DNA of 64,000 nucleotides from Mobula hypostoma. Lineage: Eukaryota. Positions 24,501-36,789 of the stretch are shown here, one piece after another. The notes beneath the pieces were generated by a model that worked only from the letters and a program-made list of their open reading frames with translations, made no database searches and was not told the origin of the DNA. Made by a program: the position numbers and the translations under genes. The stretch spans positions 90,770,001-90,834,000 of the forward strand of contig NC_086097.1 of the NCBI RefSeq assembly GCF_963921235.1, read 5' to 3'. Positions within the stretch are counted from its first letter, which is position 1. Each line of letters begins with the position of its first letter.

Positions 24501-25690
24501 CCCAAAGTCCAAAGAAGCACTCACCTCTCATTGGTTCATATCCCAGGAGATCTCCGCCCTCAGCGTGACACTGAAATCAGTGAGGTCGGGGGTGGTGGCT
24601 GTCACCGTCAGAATTTCAACAGTTCTCCTGACGGCTGTCGCTTTGGACATTTGGCCCACCAGTGACCTGCTTCCCCGCAGTAGTAGCAGCAATCCTTTAC
24701 TCTGACGCCAGAACCTCTCATCGGTGGAGGTTCTTATGTAGCCGATTTGCAAGGGCTCGACAGGATCCTGGGCAGGAGAAGGGCCGGTCGTGGTCCGAGA
24801 TTAGGGAATGGATCTACAATGTGTTGAGGCCAGGTTCAGGCTAGCCCTTTTCAACCTCTTCATGTAGTCCACCTTGCGCTCTCCTGGATGATTATTGAGA
24901 CAGATGGATTGGTCGATCAGAACATCTAAGCCCTCTGCTAGCTCTCCCAAGGCAAGAGCATCCTTCTGTTCATCTTAGAGACCGTGCAGTTTAGAGCGGC
25001 CAGGACCTCCCCATTCCAGCCACTCTCTTGGGCTAAGGTCCAAAACTCAATAGTGTAGTCGGCCCCTGACTATACGCCCTACCAAATCTTCATCAGACAG
25101 TCTGAGACTCGGCTGGCTCTGGCAGGGTGGTGGAACATCTTCTTCATGGTGGCCATGAATTCTTTCAAATCCTAGCAAACCTCTGACCTTGGTTCCCAAT
25201 GCACAGTGGCCTAGCTCAGGGCTGTTCCATTTAGTGGAAAGATAATGAAGGCCACCTTTCTGCACTCTGCAGGGAACCGGGACAGCCGGAGTTCAAATAC
25301 TAATGAGCATTGAATGAGGAAGCTGGGGCAAGAGCCCAGGTCACCATTGAATCTCTCCGGGGTTGGAAGATGTATTGGCTCTCCCGAACGACTCTGGATT
25401 CCTCCTTATGACAGTTGACAAATGGTTACCTGGAGGTCGTGCATCTCCAAGTTCAGTCTGGAAATCTTCTCAGTGTGGCTGGTCACAGTGGACAAAGGAC
25501 TCTGGTACCTCACTGGGTCCATACTGGCTCAATTGTACTGTGACAAGAGTCCTTGACAAGGATGGTTTGGAACCAAATATTGGAGTGTCCGAGGCTAGGA
25601 TCGAAACATGGAATAAAACTGGATCGAGATCCGAGCACAGAACAAAACGCTTGATGATGTCTATGATCGGGCTTATGATTGAGCACTGAG
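18547..25690 (-). mobile_element. Old Sushi/Ty3-type chromodomain Gypsy element (gag-pol pseudogene); LTRs at about 18547-18864 and 25539-25690 (truncated)
   Basis: Diverged direct repeats at both ends; gag start ATGGACCCA at 25522, PERFNGD..CPSFLIQC. RNase [17 protein letters not shown]...[10 protein letters not shown], integrase VIVDHFSK...FRIYGFP, chromodomain relic LVD*EG...ILDPVLI. Confidence 0.85.
18986..21096 (+). mobile_element. Young 5'-truncated CR1 (same family as 12844-16181), inserted in the Gypsy chromodomain
   Basis: ORFs 18986-20239 and 20143-20997 (one frameshift at the FADD motif); tail TTTCTATG x3. Confidence 0.95.
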
Positions 25691-26116
25691 CTGCAAGTCT
25701 GGTTCACTGGTTTATTGGTGGGAGAGCTGCATGGTCTTGGTTGTAGCACAGACTAGGCTTCACATTGCACTGTTGCTTGTTTGTAGCTGCCCAGAAGAGA
25801 GACATCGAAGTTGGTGCCCAGAGGCAGTGCAGAGCAGCATCCATGCTGGTGTTGGTGTTTCCCTCCAATGTTCACTCGGTGGAAAACAAGCTGGTTTGCA
25901 TTCATCTGCAGACTGCTGTGGGATGTCACTTGCTGACAACATTTGTGGACTCGGACCTGGACTATATTATTTTTTTTGCGTGACTGTTTGTTTACTGCTA
26001 TCTTATATGTGCCTTGCGCTGTGTATGAGTGTAGGAACTGTGTTTTGCATTTTGGACCCAGACTGTATTCAGGGTACTCATGTATGCTTGAATGACAATT
26101 AAACTTGAACTTGAAC

Positions 26117-26470
26117 CAGTCTGGCCATTCTTCACTGACCTCTCTCATTAAAAAAGGCTGCTGCTCACTGGATGTTTTTTTAGAAACTCGAGAGACTGCT
26201 GTGCGTGAAAACCCCAGGAGATTAGCAGCTTCTCAGATACTCAGACCACCAACAATCATTATATGGATTCTGATGTTGGCAATATTCTCCCACATTTCCC
26301 TTCCTTATTGCTTGTACATTGCGACCAAGATGCAACATTAAGATTTTTACTCCCTCATGTTGTGAGATGAATGTAAGAAATCAAATAAATTCAAATTCTA
26401 ATTCTAATTCTAATTTGGTCTCAACAACAGCTGAACCCTTGGCCATGTCTGCATGCTCTTATGCATTAAG
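26117..26470 (-). mobile_element. Tc1/mariner-like transposon remnant
   Basis: CCAGTCTGGCCATTC...GTGCGTGAAAACCCCAGGAGATTAGCAG...GATACTCA resembles the 5' region of fish Tc1-like elements. Interrupted by a short LINE-tail-like piece ending (AATTCT)n. Confidence 0.5.
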
Positions 26471-28270
26471 CCATAAAGTTGGTGGTGGAGGGGTGGCGGG
26501 GAAAGGCAATGATTTGACAACAGTGAAGATTCAGACCAAGTGAAGAGATAATGGGTGATAGAGACTAGCCACAAGCAGTAGTCCAGTCATTTCACATAAC
26601 AGATGCAAAAATAATCCAGGTTGAATTAGAAGAGTAGAAAGTGTGCAGATTAGACAAAAGGAATAAAATTTTGATGTACAGCTGTGTACATTTTGTGATT
26701 CAGCAGAAGTACTAATTTAAAGTGACCTCCAAGCATCAAGCATGGCTCATCGTAACTCACACCATCTGATGATTGACTTAATACCAACAGCCATAACTGA
26801 GTCAAAGTAACAAGATGTTCAATTAATCAATGACACTTTTCAATAGGTAGTTAAGGAAATATATTAATCGCCAATAATCAGTGGCACTCAAGCAGAGCAC
26901 CTCTTAACATAAATTATCATTTCTTGACAGTTAAAATTCTTCAACTGGACTGTCATCCAACTCTAGCAAACTGTAGTTACATAAGGAATTAGTTGAACGT
27001 AACAACCAGACAAGGTACTGGAGGTGTTGTCTTTCTGATGACAGGTTAAAATAAGGTCCTGCCACCAGAGGACAATGAATATCCTGTTAATTCTGAGTGG
27101 ACAGGCGAGTTTCCATCAGTGAGCAGTGAGCTGCACTGCATGAAACACATCTGTATTAGTTGGTGGCATAGAATATCTTCACGATCTTCTGCATTATCTG
27201 ACTGCTCCACAATGACTACACCTTAATCTTAGTTCATGAAGGTTGATGGTGCTGTCACTGTAGTCAGATTTAGCACATGAACAGGTGGGCTGTTGAAAGG
27301 GAGACAAAGGATGTGATAGATTACACTGGCATTGTGTAGGATCTTTAAAAGATATCTTATCTTGAAACTTTCACCAGACGCATTAACAACTATCTGTGAT
27401 CTTCTCAGGCTTTCTTAACTCATTGGATGAAAGTGAGCTTTGTTCCATGAAGAGGACTGAAGATATAATCTTTAAAGCATGACCAAAGTGTGCTCCTGAT
27501 GTGACCTTGAGCTTTGATGTTCATTATTTATATTTAAGAAGGAAATACTGTTCAGCGTGAATGATTCTCAGCCCCAGCACTAATACCAATACCAGCTCTC
27601 CACATCCTAATGTCTCCCTGACTGTTAATGACTTTACTTCCCTGGTGGTTTTGAATAGAATAAAACAGAAGTGTGTTGTATTCAAGTGAAATCAGTAATG
27701 TTAACTAGCTACTGGTATCAAGATGTACAAACAACTCATACTCTGATTATTTAATACGAGCAGCCGTTGTTTGATAAGTCAACACAGAAAGGTATCCACT
27801 TAATCAATGTCTTTTATGAATAGACATTTATGAAAATATATTGTGAGTTAATAAATTGCAAGCACTCAGGCAGATCACATCCAGTGCAATTTAGCATTTG
27901 ACAACAATTTAAATTATCTGGGAAGGCTGTCACATATAATTATTGCACAGTGTAATTACATTATTAGGAATTCATTGAAATACAATAAAGATATAATTTG
28001 CTCAACATTAAAATGGATGATTATTACTCATCATTTGTCTTTCTTTTACTTGTTCACTAAAACTCTTGCCAAGCTACAATCAATGGCCACTCTTCATCAG
28101 TAAGTGCCACTCCATTGCTTTAAACCTATCAAGCAATATACGGGACAAAGCTAGCTGAAGGATCTTCCTGACAAAATCCCATACATGGTTCTAGACACAA
28201 TAATATAGTAAACTCTGAAAAGCCAGCACTTTCAGCAGTGTGGTGATGATAGGCAAGCAGATTTTCCAGA

Positions 28271-28364
28271 TTATTGGACATTACTTTCTGTAACACCAAT
28301 CCGTTCCTTGACTTCACTGTTTTTTACACGGTAATATGATACATTTTCCACTGGAGCTGGTAAA
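28271..28364 (-). CDS. Candidate terminal coding exon of an unidentified gene
   Basis: Acceptor CTTCTACTTACTGCTCCCTTGAAG; phase-2 start gives LPAPVENVSYYRVKNSEVKERIGVTESNVQ*. Apparently unique sequence; AAG is a weak acceptor. Confidence 0.2.
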
Positions 28365-28528
28365 CTTCAAGGGAGCAGTAAGTAGAAGCTGGTAAGTTTC
28401 AGCTTGCACGTTTTAGCTTGCATGTTTCAGACTGACAGCCAGTATTCCTGTCCCTGACTACAGCCACACACACAGCCTACAGTCCCAACCTGTGCCCCTG
28501 CCATATTCTGGCCACATGCCCCAGTCTG

Positions 28529-28608
28529 GAGGGGTTCCCAACCTCTTTTGTGCTGTGGATCAATACCATTAAGTAAGCGGTCCATGGCCCTCAGGTTGGG
28601 AATCTCTG
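28529..28608. mobile_element. About 80-bp hAT-type MITE
   Basis: TIR-like ends AGGGGTTCCCAACCT / AGGTTGGGAATCTCT; second copy at 29768-29842. Confidence 0.65.
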
Positions 28609-28739
28609 TCACTATGAGTTCCTGATGGTTGGGCATCTGGCTCACACTCTTGGAATAATGAATGAGCTCAATGTCAATCCATCAGGATTTCCAAGCAATT
28701 ACATTAAAGTCAAATTTAAATTTATTGTTACATTCATAC

Positions 28740-29633
28740 TGTTATGTAACCAGCAACAATGAATATGAATTGAGACAGGTTATATAAAAACAACCAAACA
28801 TTTATTAAACACGGATAAAGGATAAACGATAAGGAAAAAACAAACAAACAAAACCTTTAACCGGAAGTTAACCAATATGCAGCCGTTCAACAAATCAACA
28901 CTCAGCACTGGTTCTTAAAACATTAAATGCAAAAACAGTTCTTAAAGCGATAAAGTCAGATATAGTTCTTAAAGCGATAAATTCAAAAGTCCAACAGATT
29001 TACACGTTCAATTGGGAGAGACTTCTCTGGAGAAGGATTTCTTCACAGATGCGACTTTCCTGCTGGTTCTCCACAGGATTCACAATGCTGAAAATAAACA
29101 GTTTAAAACAACTGACCTTAAATTCTTTTAGAGAGACAGCAAACTTTTGCATGAACTCCTTGCTCTTTTTGGCAAGAGTTATCTCTGATGCAGGTTGCTA
29201 CTCTGCCAACGAAGACTCAATAAGGTCGATCCTTTGTTAAACTGCCGAACAATGCTGACTTCTCTTGATCCTTCGGTCCTGTACTTCGATAAATACTTCA
29301 CTTTCCCTTCTACTGTTGGAATTGAGTAAATCAACACATCTAGCAAAAATTTGCAGTCCAATAATATTGTATCTTGCAATAGAGTACACACTCTGTTTTA
29401 AAACTGAAACTGCGTCACACAAACCAACACGCAACAGAAACGGAGACACAACACGTTCTACCTGGAAATCTACGAACTAAAAACCTACTGCGTCATCCAG
29501 GGTCGATCCTTATATACCTATGGTGCACATGTCATCACGTGACCTCACATTGGCGGGAAAATTACATCAGGTGACCCCCAAAAGACGATTACATCATTCT
29601 CACAAAAAAACAGATCTCCTTGAGCATGTAACA
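28740..29633 (-). mobile_element. Solo LTR, 894 bp
   Basis: TGTTA...TAACA termini and 4-bp TSD ATAC (28736-28739, 29634-29637). TATA (about 29510) and AATAAA (about 28801) lie on the minus strand. Confidence 0.85.
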
Positions 29634-29767
29634 ATACTCAGTACTGCTCTATTACATTGCTTAGAACCAATAGGACTGTTGCCACTCATGTGACCTCTGC
29701 AGCAATAACCCGGGGGTTTTCTTATCCAACAGTCCCTTCCCTCTCCAGTAGCAGAAGAACCCTATAG

Positions 29768-29842
29768 CAGGGATTCCCATTCATTTTTATACCACAATAC
29801 CATTAACCGAGGGGTCCATGGATCCCGGGTTGGGAACCCCTG
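29768..29842. mobile_element. hAT-type MITE, second copy
   Basis: CAGGGATTCCCA...TGGGAACCCCTG; shares internal CAATACCATTAA..GGTCCATGG with 28529-28608. Confidence 0.65.
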
Positions 29843-29844
29843 CA

Positions 29845-30170
29845 CTGTACTGTGGCCCTTCCCCACAAAGCCCTGAATGTGGCTGCACCAAGTTTCTGTA
29901 CATCATTCAGCACGTACTCCTGAAATCTGGTACATACCAGTTAGTAGCATTCCTTCATGGACATCTCGATGTGCTGACAGGCCAACAAGTTTCAGGCAAA
30001 CTTCATCTCCAGCAGCACCTGATGTTAGTCTCCATGTGTCCCTGGAAATGGCCCGTTGATCAAAGTCCTCTGTTATCCAGCTGCTCGGGATGAACTATGA
30101 CACAGACCCATTCATCATTCTCCACATCCTCTTCACAGCCCCACTGTCTGCAAAGAGATTAGCAGGTGAA
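29845..30170 (-). mobile_element. Tx1-like LINE ORF2 C-terminal remnant
   Basis: Frameshifted peptides FIPSSWITED, ETNIRCCWR and RFQEYVLNDVQKLGAATFRALWGRATV. Confidence 0.6.
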
Positions 30171-30174
30171 AGAC

Positions 30175-30510
30175 ACTCCTTCCTTCCGCTAGCATGCAGG
30201 TCATCCTTGGGCAAGGTGTAGCACCTGCTTAGCCCCCCGATCAGGGTCACATGAAGCCACGGGAGTCATGCAGATGGTCATATGAGCAGCTGGTGCAAAT
30301 CACAAGTTCTGGTCCTGTGACCACTGACACCAAACAGACAACATCTGAAGAATGTTGGAAATGGCTGGGGTCCCTCATCTTGTAAAGACACTGCCCAGAA
30401 GAAGGCAATGGTAACCCACTTCTGTGGAAACATTAGCCACGAACAGTCATGGTCATGGAGACCATGATCACAGATCATGCGACACAGCACACAATGATGA
30501 TGATGATGAA
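30175..30510 (+). mobile_element. RTE-related SINE/non-autonomous element
   Basis: CCTTGGGCAAGG core, GAAGGCAATGGTAACCCACT motif and (TGA)n tail. Confidence 0.6.
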
Positions 30511-31026
30511 TATACTATATTGCATGGTGATTTAGAGCGTACAAGTACTTACCAGGTTATGACAAGGTTCCATTCCTGTGAACTGTTTGTAACCCAATCT
30601 GCTGGCCAATTAGAAATGTGGCCACAAGCCACATTTCGTACAGTATCTGCACTGAAGTGGATGGCATTGTTGAAATTGCATCAGATGTAACCTGGCACAG
30701 TTTCCTGCTGGGAAAATGCAAGAAGATAGTTGGGAAATTACCAGTGGCCATCCATCAGAACTTCCTTGTTCATGTACACTCGCAGGGGACTCCTGTGTCT
30801 TGGCAAGCACTAAAGAGCTATAAAACAACTGCTGGCATGGTTTGCAGCAAAATGCTAGTGTATGTTTTCACAGGCAGGACTTAGTTCACTGCTATCAGAG
30901 GATTACCGCATCATATCATGCTACAAGTTAGTAGAAAATGCTGATGATTGTCTAGTAGATATCAGAGATCATTGTCACTGTTGTTAGTCAGGGAACATCC
31001 GTGATGCAAACCACATCAGTACACCA

Positions 31027-31628
31027 ATGCTTCTACTTCTTCAGAAGACCAAGAAAATCTGGCATGCCCCCAATGACTCTCACCAATTTTTACAGATGCA
31101 CCATAGAAAGCATCCTATCCTGGTACATTACAGCTTAGATTTTTCTGCCCAAGATTGCAATAAATTGCAGAGGGTAGTGAGAATAAACTATTCTATCATG
31201 CAAACTGGCTTCCCCTCCATGTACTCTGTTCACGTTTCCCACTGCATGGGGAAGGCAGCCAACATAACCAAGGACATCTCTCTCACTCATCAGTCTCTCT
31301 TCTCCCTTCAGTTGGGAAGAAGATACAAAAAGTTGAGGAGACATACCACTGGGCTCAGGGATTGTTTCTATACTGCTGTTATAAGACTTTTGATAGGATC
31401 TTTTCTATGATAATTATACATTTTTGATCTCAATCTACCTTGTCATGGCTCTTACACTGTCTTTGTCTACCTGCAAAACATTTTCTCTGTAGCTCTATAT
31501 TCTACCTTCTGTTTTGTTTTAATTTTGAACTTAAGTGTGGAGTAATCTGTCTGGATGGTATGCAAATGAAAGCGTTTCACTGGTTCTCAATCGTGTGGCA
31601 ATAATAAACCTATTGCCAATTGCCAATG
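31027..31628 (+). mobile_element. Rex1/Babar 3' remnant
   Basis: TNFYRCTIESIL-like frame, KLQRVV, GRRYK; AATAAACC plus a short repeat tail. Confidence 0.65.
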
Positions 31629-31896
31629 ACTGTGTGGAATCTGGAAAGAGAGCAAGGTTGAGAAGCCACAACTGTAAAGCAGCACCCCACAACACCCAAC
31701 AAAACACTAGCATCTCTGGAGTCGATAGTAATAAATTTCTCCCGAGAGCAGAGGTATCCAAGACCAGGTTTAGGGTGAGAAGAAAGTTTAAAAAAGTATC
31801 TAAAGAAGAATATGCTTTCACGTAGAAGTTAGATAAAGTCTGGAAAAAGCTACTCACAAAATTTGAGAAACATCTGGACGAAACTTTTGAATTGAT

Positions 31897-32678
31897 AGGT
31901 TTCAGTAGGTACATTTAATGTCAGAGAAATGTATACAATATACATCCTGAAATGTTTTTTTCTTTGCAAACATCTACGAAAACAGAGGAGTGCTCCAAAA
32001 AATGAATAACAGTTAAATGTTAGAACCCCAAAGTCCCCCGTCCCAGATCCCCTCCCTCCCATGCACAAGCAGCGCAAGGAAGTGATCCCCTTCTCCCCCA
32101 CCAGCAAATAAAGCATCAGCGCCCTCCACTGAAGCACTTGAGCGTGCAACAAAGTGTCAATAAAGACACAGACTTGCAGTACCCCAAAGTCTTCTTGTTT
32201 ACCCAGTAATTCAACATACCACAGGCTTTCTCTCTCTCCCTAATAAGGGAAAAAGGTGTCCCTGTTTCACAGCGAGAGGGGAGACATAGCAAACAATTCG
32301 CTGATTTATGTTAAAAGTCTGTTGCACCATTTTTTCCGAGCTCTACGCCCAGAGAGTTGGGTCGGGACACCCAGTTCCTGATGCTCCGTGCTCTCCCATG
32401 ATGCCTCAGTGGGGGGGCACCAGCCTTGAATCAGCCTGTCTCCACAGCCACAAAAATCCGGCACCGTGAAGATGCGCTAGTCTTCCAGGCTACATTCTTG
32501 GCATATCAAAAAGCGGATTGTTGTGAGGCCCCGAGAGCGGGTCCCATTTCCGCAAAGAACCAAAGTCAGTGTAACTCCAGGTCATGGTCTTCAAAAGAAC
32601 CTCGAAAAGGGAAAAGAGATAGAAATAGAGCTGTTTCCGAAGATGCAAGCAAAGGAGTCGCCGTTTAGCGCCATCTTA
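31897..32678 (-). mobile_element. Unclassified non-coding interspersed element inserted in a CR1 3' fragment
   Basis: Minus strand starts AAGATGGCGC and ends ATTAAATGTACCTACTGAAAC; CR1-like sequence on both sides. Confidence 0.4.
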
Positions 32679-33399
32679 ACTTAACATCACTAAGACTGAG
32701 TAGTCTGTGGACCAAGTGCTGGTAAATGTGATTGGTGGCTAGAATGGACATAGTGGACCAAGGGGCCTACTTCTGTATTGTACAACCCACTGTGCGTCTA
32801 CGACTTGATTGTGGAACAGTGAACATTCATTCACAAAGACAACATTGAAGAATAGCCACAGAGTGAAGAACCAATTGATGGCAACGGGTTAAATGAAGGA
32901 GCTAGAGCTGACAAGAAAATTGTGGCTTTAGGCAGGAGGAACTTTGAGGGAAAAATAAGTACAGAATTTTGGTGAATTAATTAACCATGAAGTACAAATC
33001 AGAGGAAGGAATTGAAATAGGCTGGTGACTGGAACTTTGACCAATTAGAATTAGAAGTCACTGGGGTGGAGGCGTGTGAGGGGGTGAGGGTATTCTAATT
33101 TCATGATGATGGGATGATAATATATCAGTACTGGGTTACAAACCTCCATTTGACTTCAACTGAAGTAAGTTTGACTTCCACAACTGAGTTCCAAGACACA
33201 CATTGCCCCATTGCACAAAGTTAGGACTATCTTCTTAGAGTGATACACCTGTGGTCCAGGTGAATAATTTGTTTTGAAAAGTGCCATCTAAATTCTCCTG
33301 TGCGCTAACTACGCTTCTGTTGAAATAACCACTGAAAGATCAAATGGCGGCTATCATCACATTGATGTGTGTGGGGTCTTGCGGTACCTATATTCACAC

Positions 33400-33815
33400 T
33401 ATGTCTGCTCTTCAGCATGTTCCAATATTGGGAAAAATGCTACCATATATGTGTAATGGACAGTATATTGACTGGCTGTATCACAGCCTGGTCTGAAAAC
33501 ACCAATGTCTTTGAACAGAATATCCTACAAAAATTAGTGGATACGATCCAGTCCATCATGGGTAAAGCCCTTCGCACTATTGAGCACATCTACATGAAGT
33601 GTTGCCACAGGAAAGCAGCATCCATCATCAGAGACCCCTACCACCCAGGACATGCTCTCTTCTCGCAGCTGAAATCAGGAAGAAGATATAGGAGCCTCAG
33701 GATTCACAACACCAGGTTCAGGAAGAGTCATTACCCATTAACCATCAAGCTCTTGAACCAAAGGGGATAACATCACTCAAATTCATTTGGCCCATCATTG
33801 AAATGTTCACACAAC
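33400..33815 (+). mobile_element. Rex1/Babar 3' remnant
   Basis: SILTGCITAW...KAASIIRDPYHPGHALFS..SGRRYRS...IKLLN. Confidence 0.75.
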
Positions 33816-33888
33816 CGTTTTTTTCTCACACTCATTCAACTCCAAAGCTATGAAAGTGAAAATAAAAGAAGGTGGATCTAATATTTAC

Positions 33889-33953
33889 CTAGCTTCAGTT
33901 TTGAGAAATGCCTTGCACCAGGTACTGCCTTGTGATGAAAACGATTTTCCACT
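33889..33953 (-). CDS. Candidate internal exon (65 nt)
   Basis: Acceptor TTGTCTTTTGCACTAG, donor AG|GTAAAT; phase 0 to 2; SGKSFSSQGSTWCKAFLKTEA. Confidence 0.3.
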
Positions 33954-35289
33954 CTAGTGCAAAAGACAAGTTGTGGAAGCAATTGAACCCTGCAATAAAT
34001 TCCCATTTACAAGGTTAACTTTATTATTTGCTTATGACTTTGTCAATCCCGAATTAATAGGCAGTTGCACTTCTGGGAATACCAACTGTCTTTCTTGGAT
34101 CTCTTACACACATTGTAGGATATTTTATTTATAGCTATATTCCATAAAGTACTGCTGTTAAGAGTTAGCACAGCAGCCTGTAAGAGTAAAATACCACATT
34201 CATCACTTTACTCAGTGCATAGCTCAACACAGCAAGACCATGAAGGTCTGATGCATTAAGAGGCATACTGAAGCTGATGGTTTCTTGATGGCTTTGGTAC
34301 TGTGTGTTGAGTTTGATTGATCTACTTACAGAACATTACAGTTTGTCAATGTGCCTACTTATGCACAGATTGTGAGAAGATAGTAAATACCTTCTTGCTG
34401 GATTAAAATGGCAAGATTGTTGATTGGTAAGAGCAGGGACCTGAATTTATCTAGTCCCCGTAACATTGCAAGGTATCCTGAAGCGCTTCACAGGGGTATA
34501 TTCCAATTGAAACTGACACTGATCCACAAAGCTTACTCAAGAAGGGAAATGTTAGAGAGACACAAGAAAGGAGAATTACAGAGGTGAAGGATTTAGAGTG
34601 TAAGTTTGGAGTCTGACGTTTAGGTAGCCCAGGGCCATCAGTTCTTGAGGTGAAAGATGTGGGGGATGCACAAGAGGCTGGAGTTGGTTTAAACTGAGGG
34701 TTAAAAGACTAGAAAAGTTTGCAGGGTTAACAAGGGATGCAAATATACAAAATTTTAAATGGTAGCATTGTGAACAGGGAGCCAATATAAAAGTATGAAA
34801 AGCAAAGTGATAGAGAAAAGAATTATTAATCCAAGCTGGTTTATTACTATCTAGTGACAACACCACTGCACTTCTGTGCCTAGTAAACAACCATAAGTGA
34901 ATCACTAACATGACTTGGGTCTGAACTCTGAAGCGGGGTTAAGTGAAATGAGATGCTTGTTTCAAGGGAAGGACAAGCCATTCAACATCATGAAAAACTT
35001 GAGAGTTAATGGAAACTTCCACAACATTGGACATATGAGCTATGAAATGACCATGAGAAAGGTAACAGCAACCATCCTTCAAAATGATGGATGAATTCAA
35101 AACGAATTGAATGAAATCCATGGTGAGAAATAATTGGATGTAAAATAAGAGACCCTGAAGAGACAAGATAAGGCAAAGACACTTTAGATACAGGGACCTT
35201 TAGTGTTTGTAGATCAATCTATCAAACCTGTGGCTTACGTTGCACTGAAATAGCACTACACAATACTCCAGATTTGGCCTATAAGAAAA

Positions 35290-35830
35290 CAGTTCTGGTT
35301 ACCGAATTATAGGAAAGATGTCAATAAAATTGAGAGAGTACAGAGGAGAATTTACTAAAATGTTGCCTGGGTTTCATCTCCTAAGTTACAGAGAAAGGTT
35401 GAACAAGTTAGGTCGTTATTCTTTGGAGTGTAGAAGGTTGAGGGGGGACTTGATAGAGGTATTTAAAATTATGAGGAGGGTAGATAGAGTTGACGTAGAT
35501 AGGCTTTTTCCATTGAGAGTGGGGGAGTTTCAAACAAAAGGACATGAATTGAGAGTTAAAGGGCAAAAGTTTAGGGGTAACATGAGGGGGAACTTCTTTA
35601 CTCAGAGAGTGGTAGCTGTGTGGAGCGAGCTTCCAGCAGAAGTGGTTGAGGCAGGTTCGATGTTGTCATTTAAAGTTAAATTGGATAGATATATGGACAG
35701 GAAAGGAATGGAGGGTTATGGGCTGAGTGCAGGTCGGTGGGACTAGGTGAGAGTAAGAGTTCGGCATGGACTAGAAGGGCCAAGATGGCCTGTTTCCGTG
35801 CTGTAATGGTTAAATGGTTATATGGTTATA
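35290..35830 (+). mobile_element. CR1 3' fragment
   Basis: LSYRERLNKLG.YSLE.RRLRGDLIEVFK...FFTQRVV; (TGGTTATA)n tail. Confidence 0.85.
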
Positions 35831-36789
35831 AGGAGCTTGGGCCATCTCAGCTCAATGTCTGCAGGACTACAGAAGAACAACCTCTACTAATTCTAGTCAA
35901 AACATGCAACATCATCTAGTAGAATCCAGGCAAGAAATGGAATAGTGTAAAGAATATTATATGCTATCATATGTGGTTCTCTGAAGCTGGGTCAGATACT
36001 GGGGGACCATTACTCTAGAATAATTAAACTTGGAGCATGTTCAACAGTGTTTTCTCTGTAGAGCTTGCATGTCCCCCGGTGACTGCATAAGTCTCCTCTG
36101 GATGCTCCAGCTCCCTCTGATATTCCAAGGATGTGTGGCTTGTTAAGTTATCCAGGCACTCTAAGCTGCCATTAACATGTGGGTGAATCATATATCTGGG
36201 AGGAACTAATGGAAAAGTAGGAAAAATACAATAGGGTTAGTGAAGGATTTGCATTTCAGATGCCCAATGGCTCCTTTTGACATAATGGGGCAGATCTTCC
36301 ACTCACACCAAGGTCACCAAACATCTGAGACCTGGTTGCTTCGCCTTCTGTGGACTGCCACAGTCTTCCTTAGAGCAGCTTTGACTTTGAAAGTCAATCA
36401 TAAAGACTCAGGAATGAGTAAAACATTAAAAATAGCAATAACAATTTTGAAACCAATCATTTTTAATAAAGTACTAAAATGCACAGACTTACAGCAATTA
36501 AATACAGTTAAACTTGCTGACATAAATCAAAAAGAGAGAAATCAAATAGTGCTGCTTTTATCCCAGGTTGTGGGTATGGTTCCTGCTCGCATTGCCCACA
36601 CCAGGTTTTCACTCTCATGGGTATGCACATATTTGGCACAGTGCAAGGATAAATGCCACCAGGAATTAAATCTATTATTGAGCTCATGCTTTATTCCACT
36701 CAAAACCAACAAATTAGCCTTGCGCATTCCCATAGTGCTTGAGGCATGCCATTGCCCTCCCTGTTAGACTGCAAGTGTCCTTGCAGAAT

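Noticed and set aside
29935..30150. Exon-like segment with several in-frame TGA codons (selenoprotein-like)
   Set aside because: Peptides from three frames piece together a frameshifted Tx1-like ORF2 C-terminus; no SECIS evidence.
36240..36767. 175-aa plus-strand ORF
   Set aside because: Non-ATG start, no recognisable domain, no convincing splice partners.
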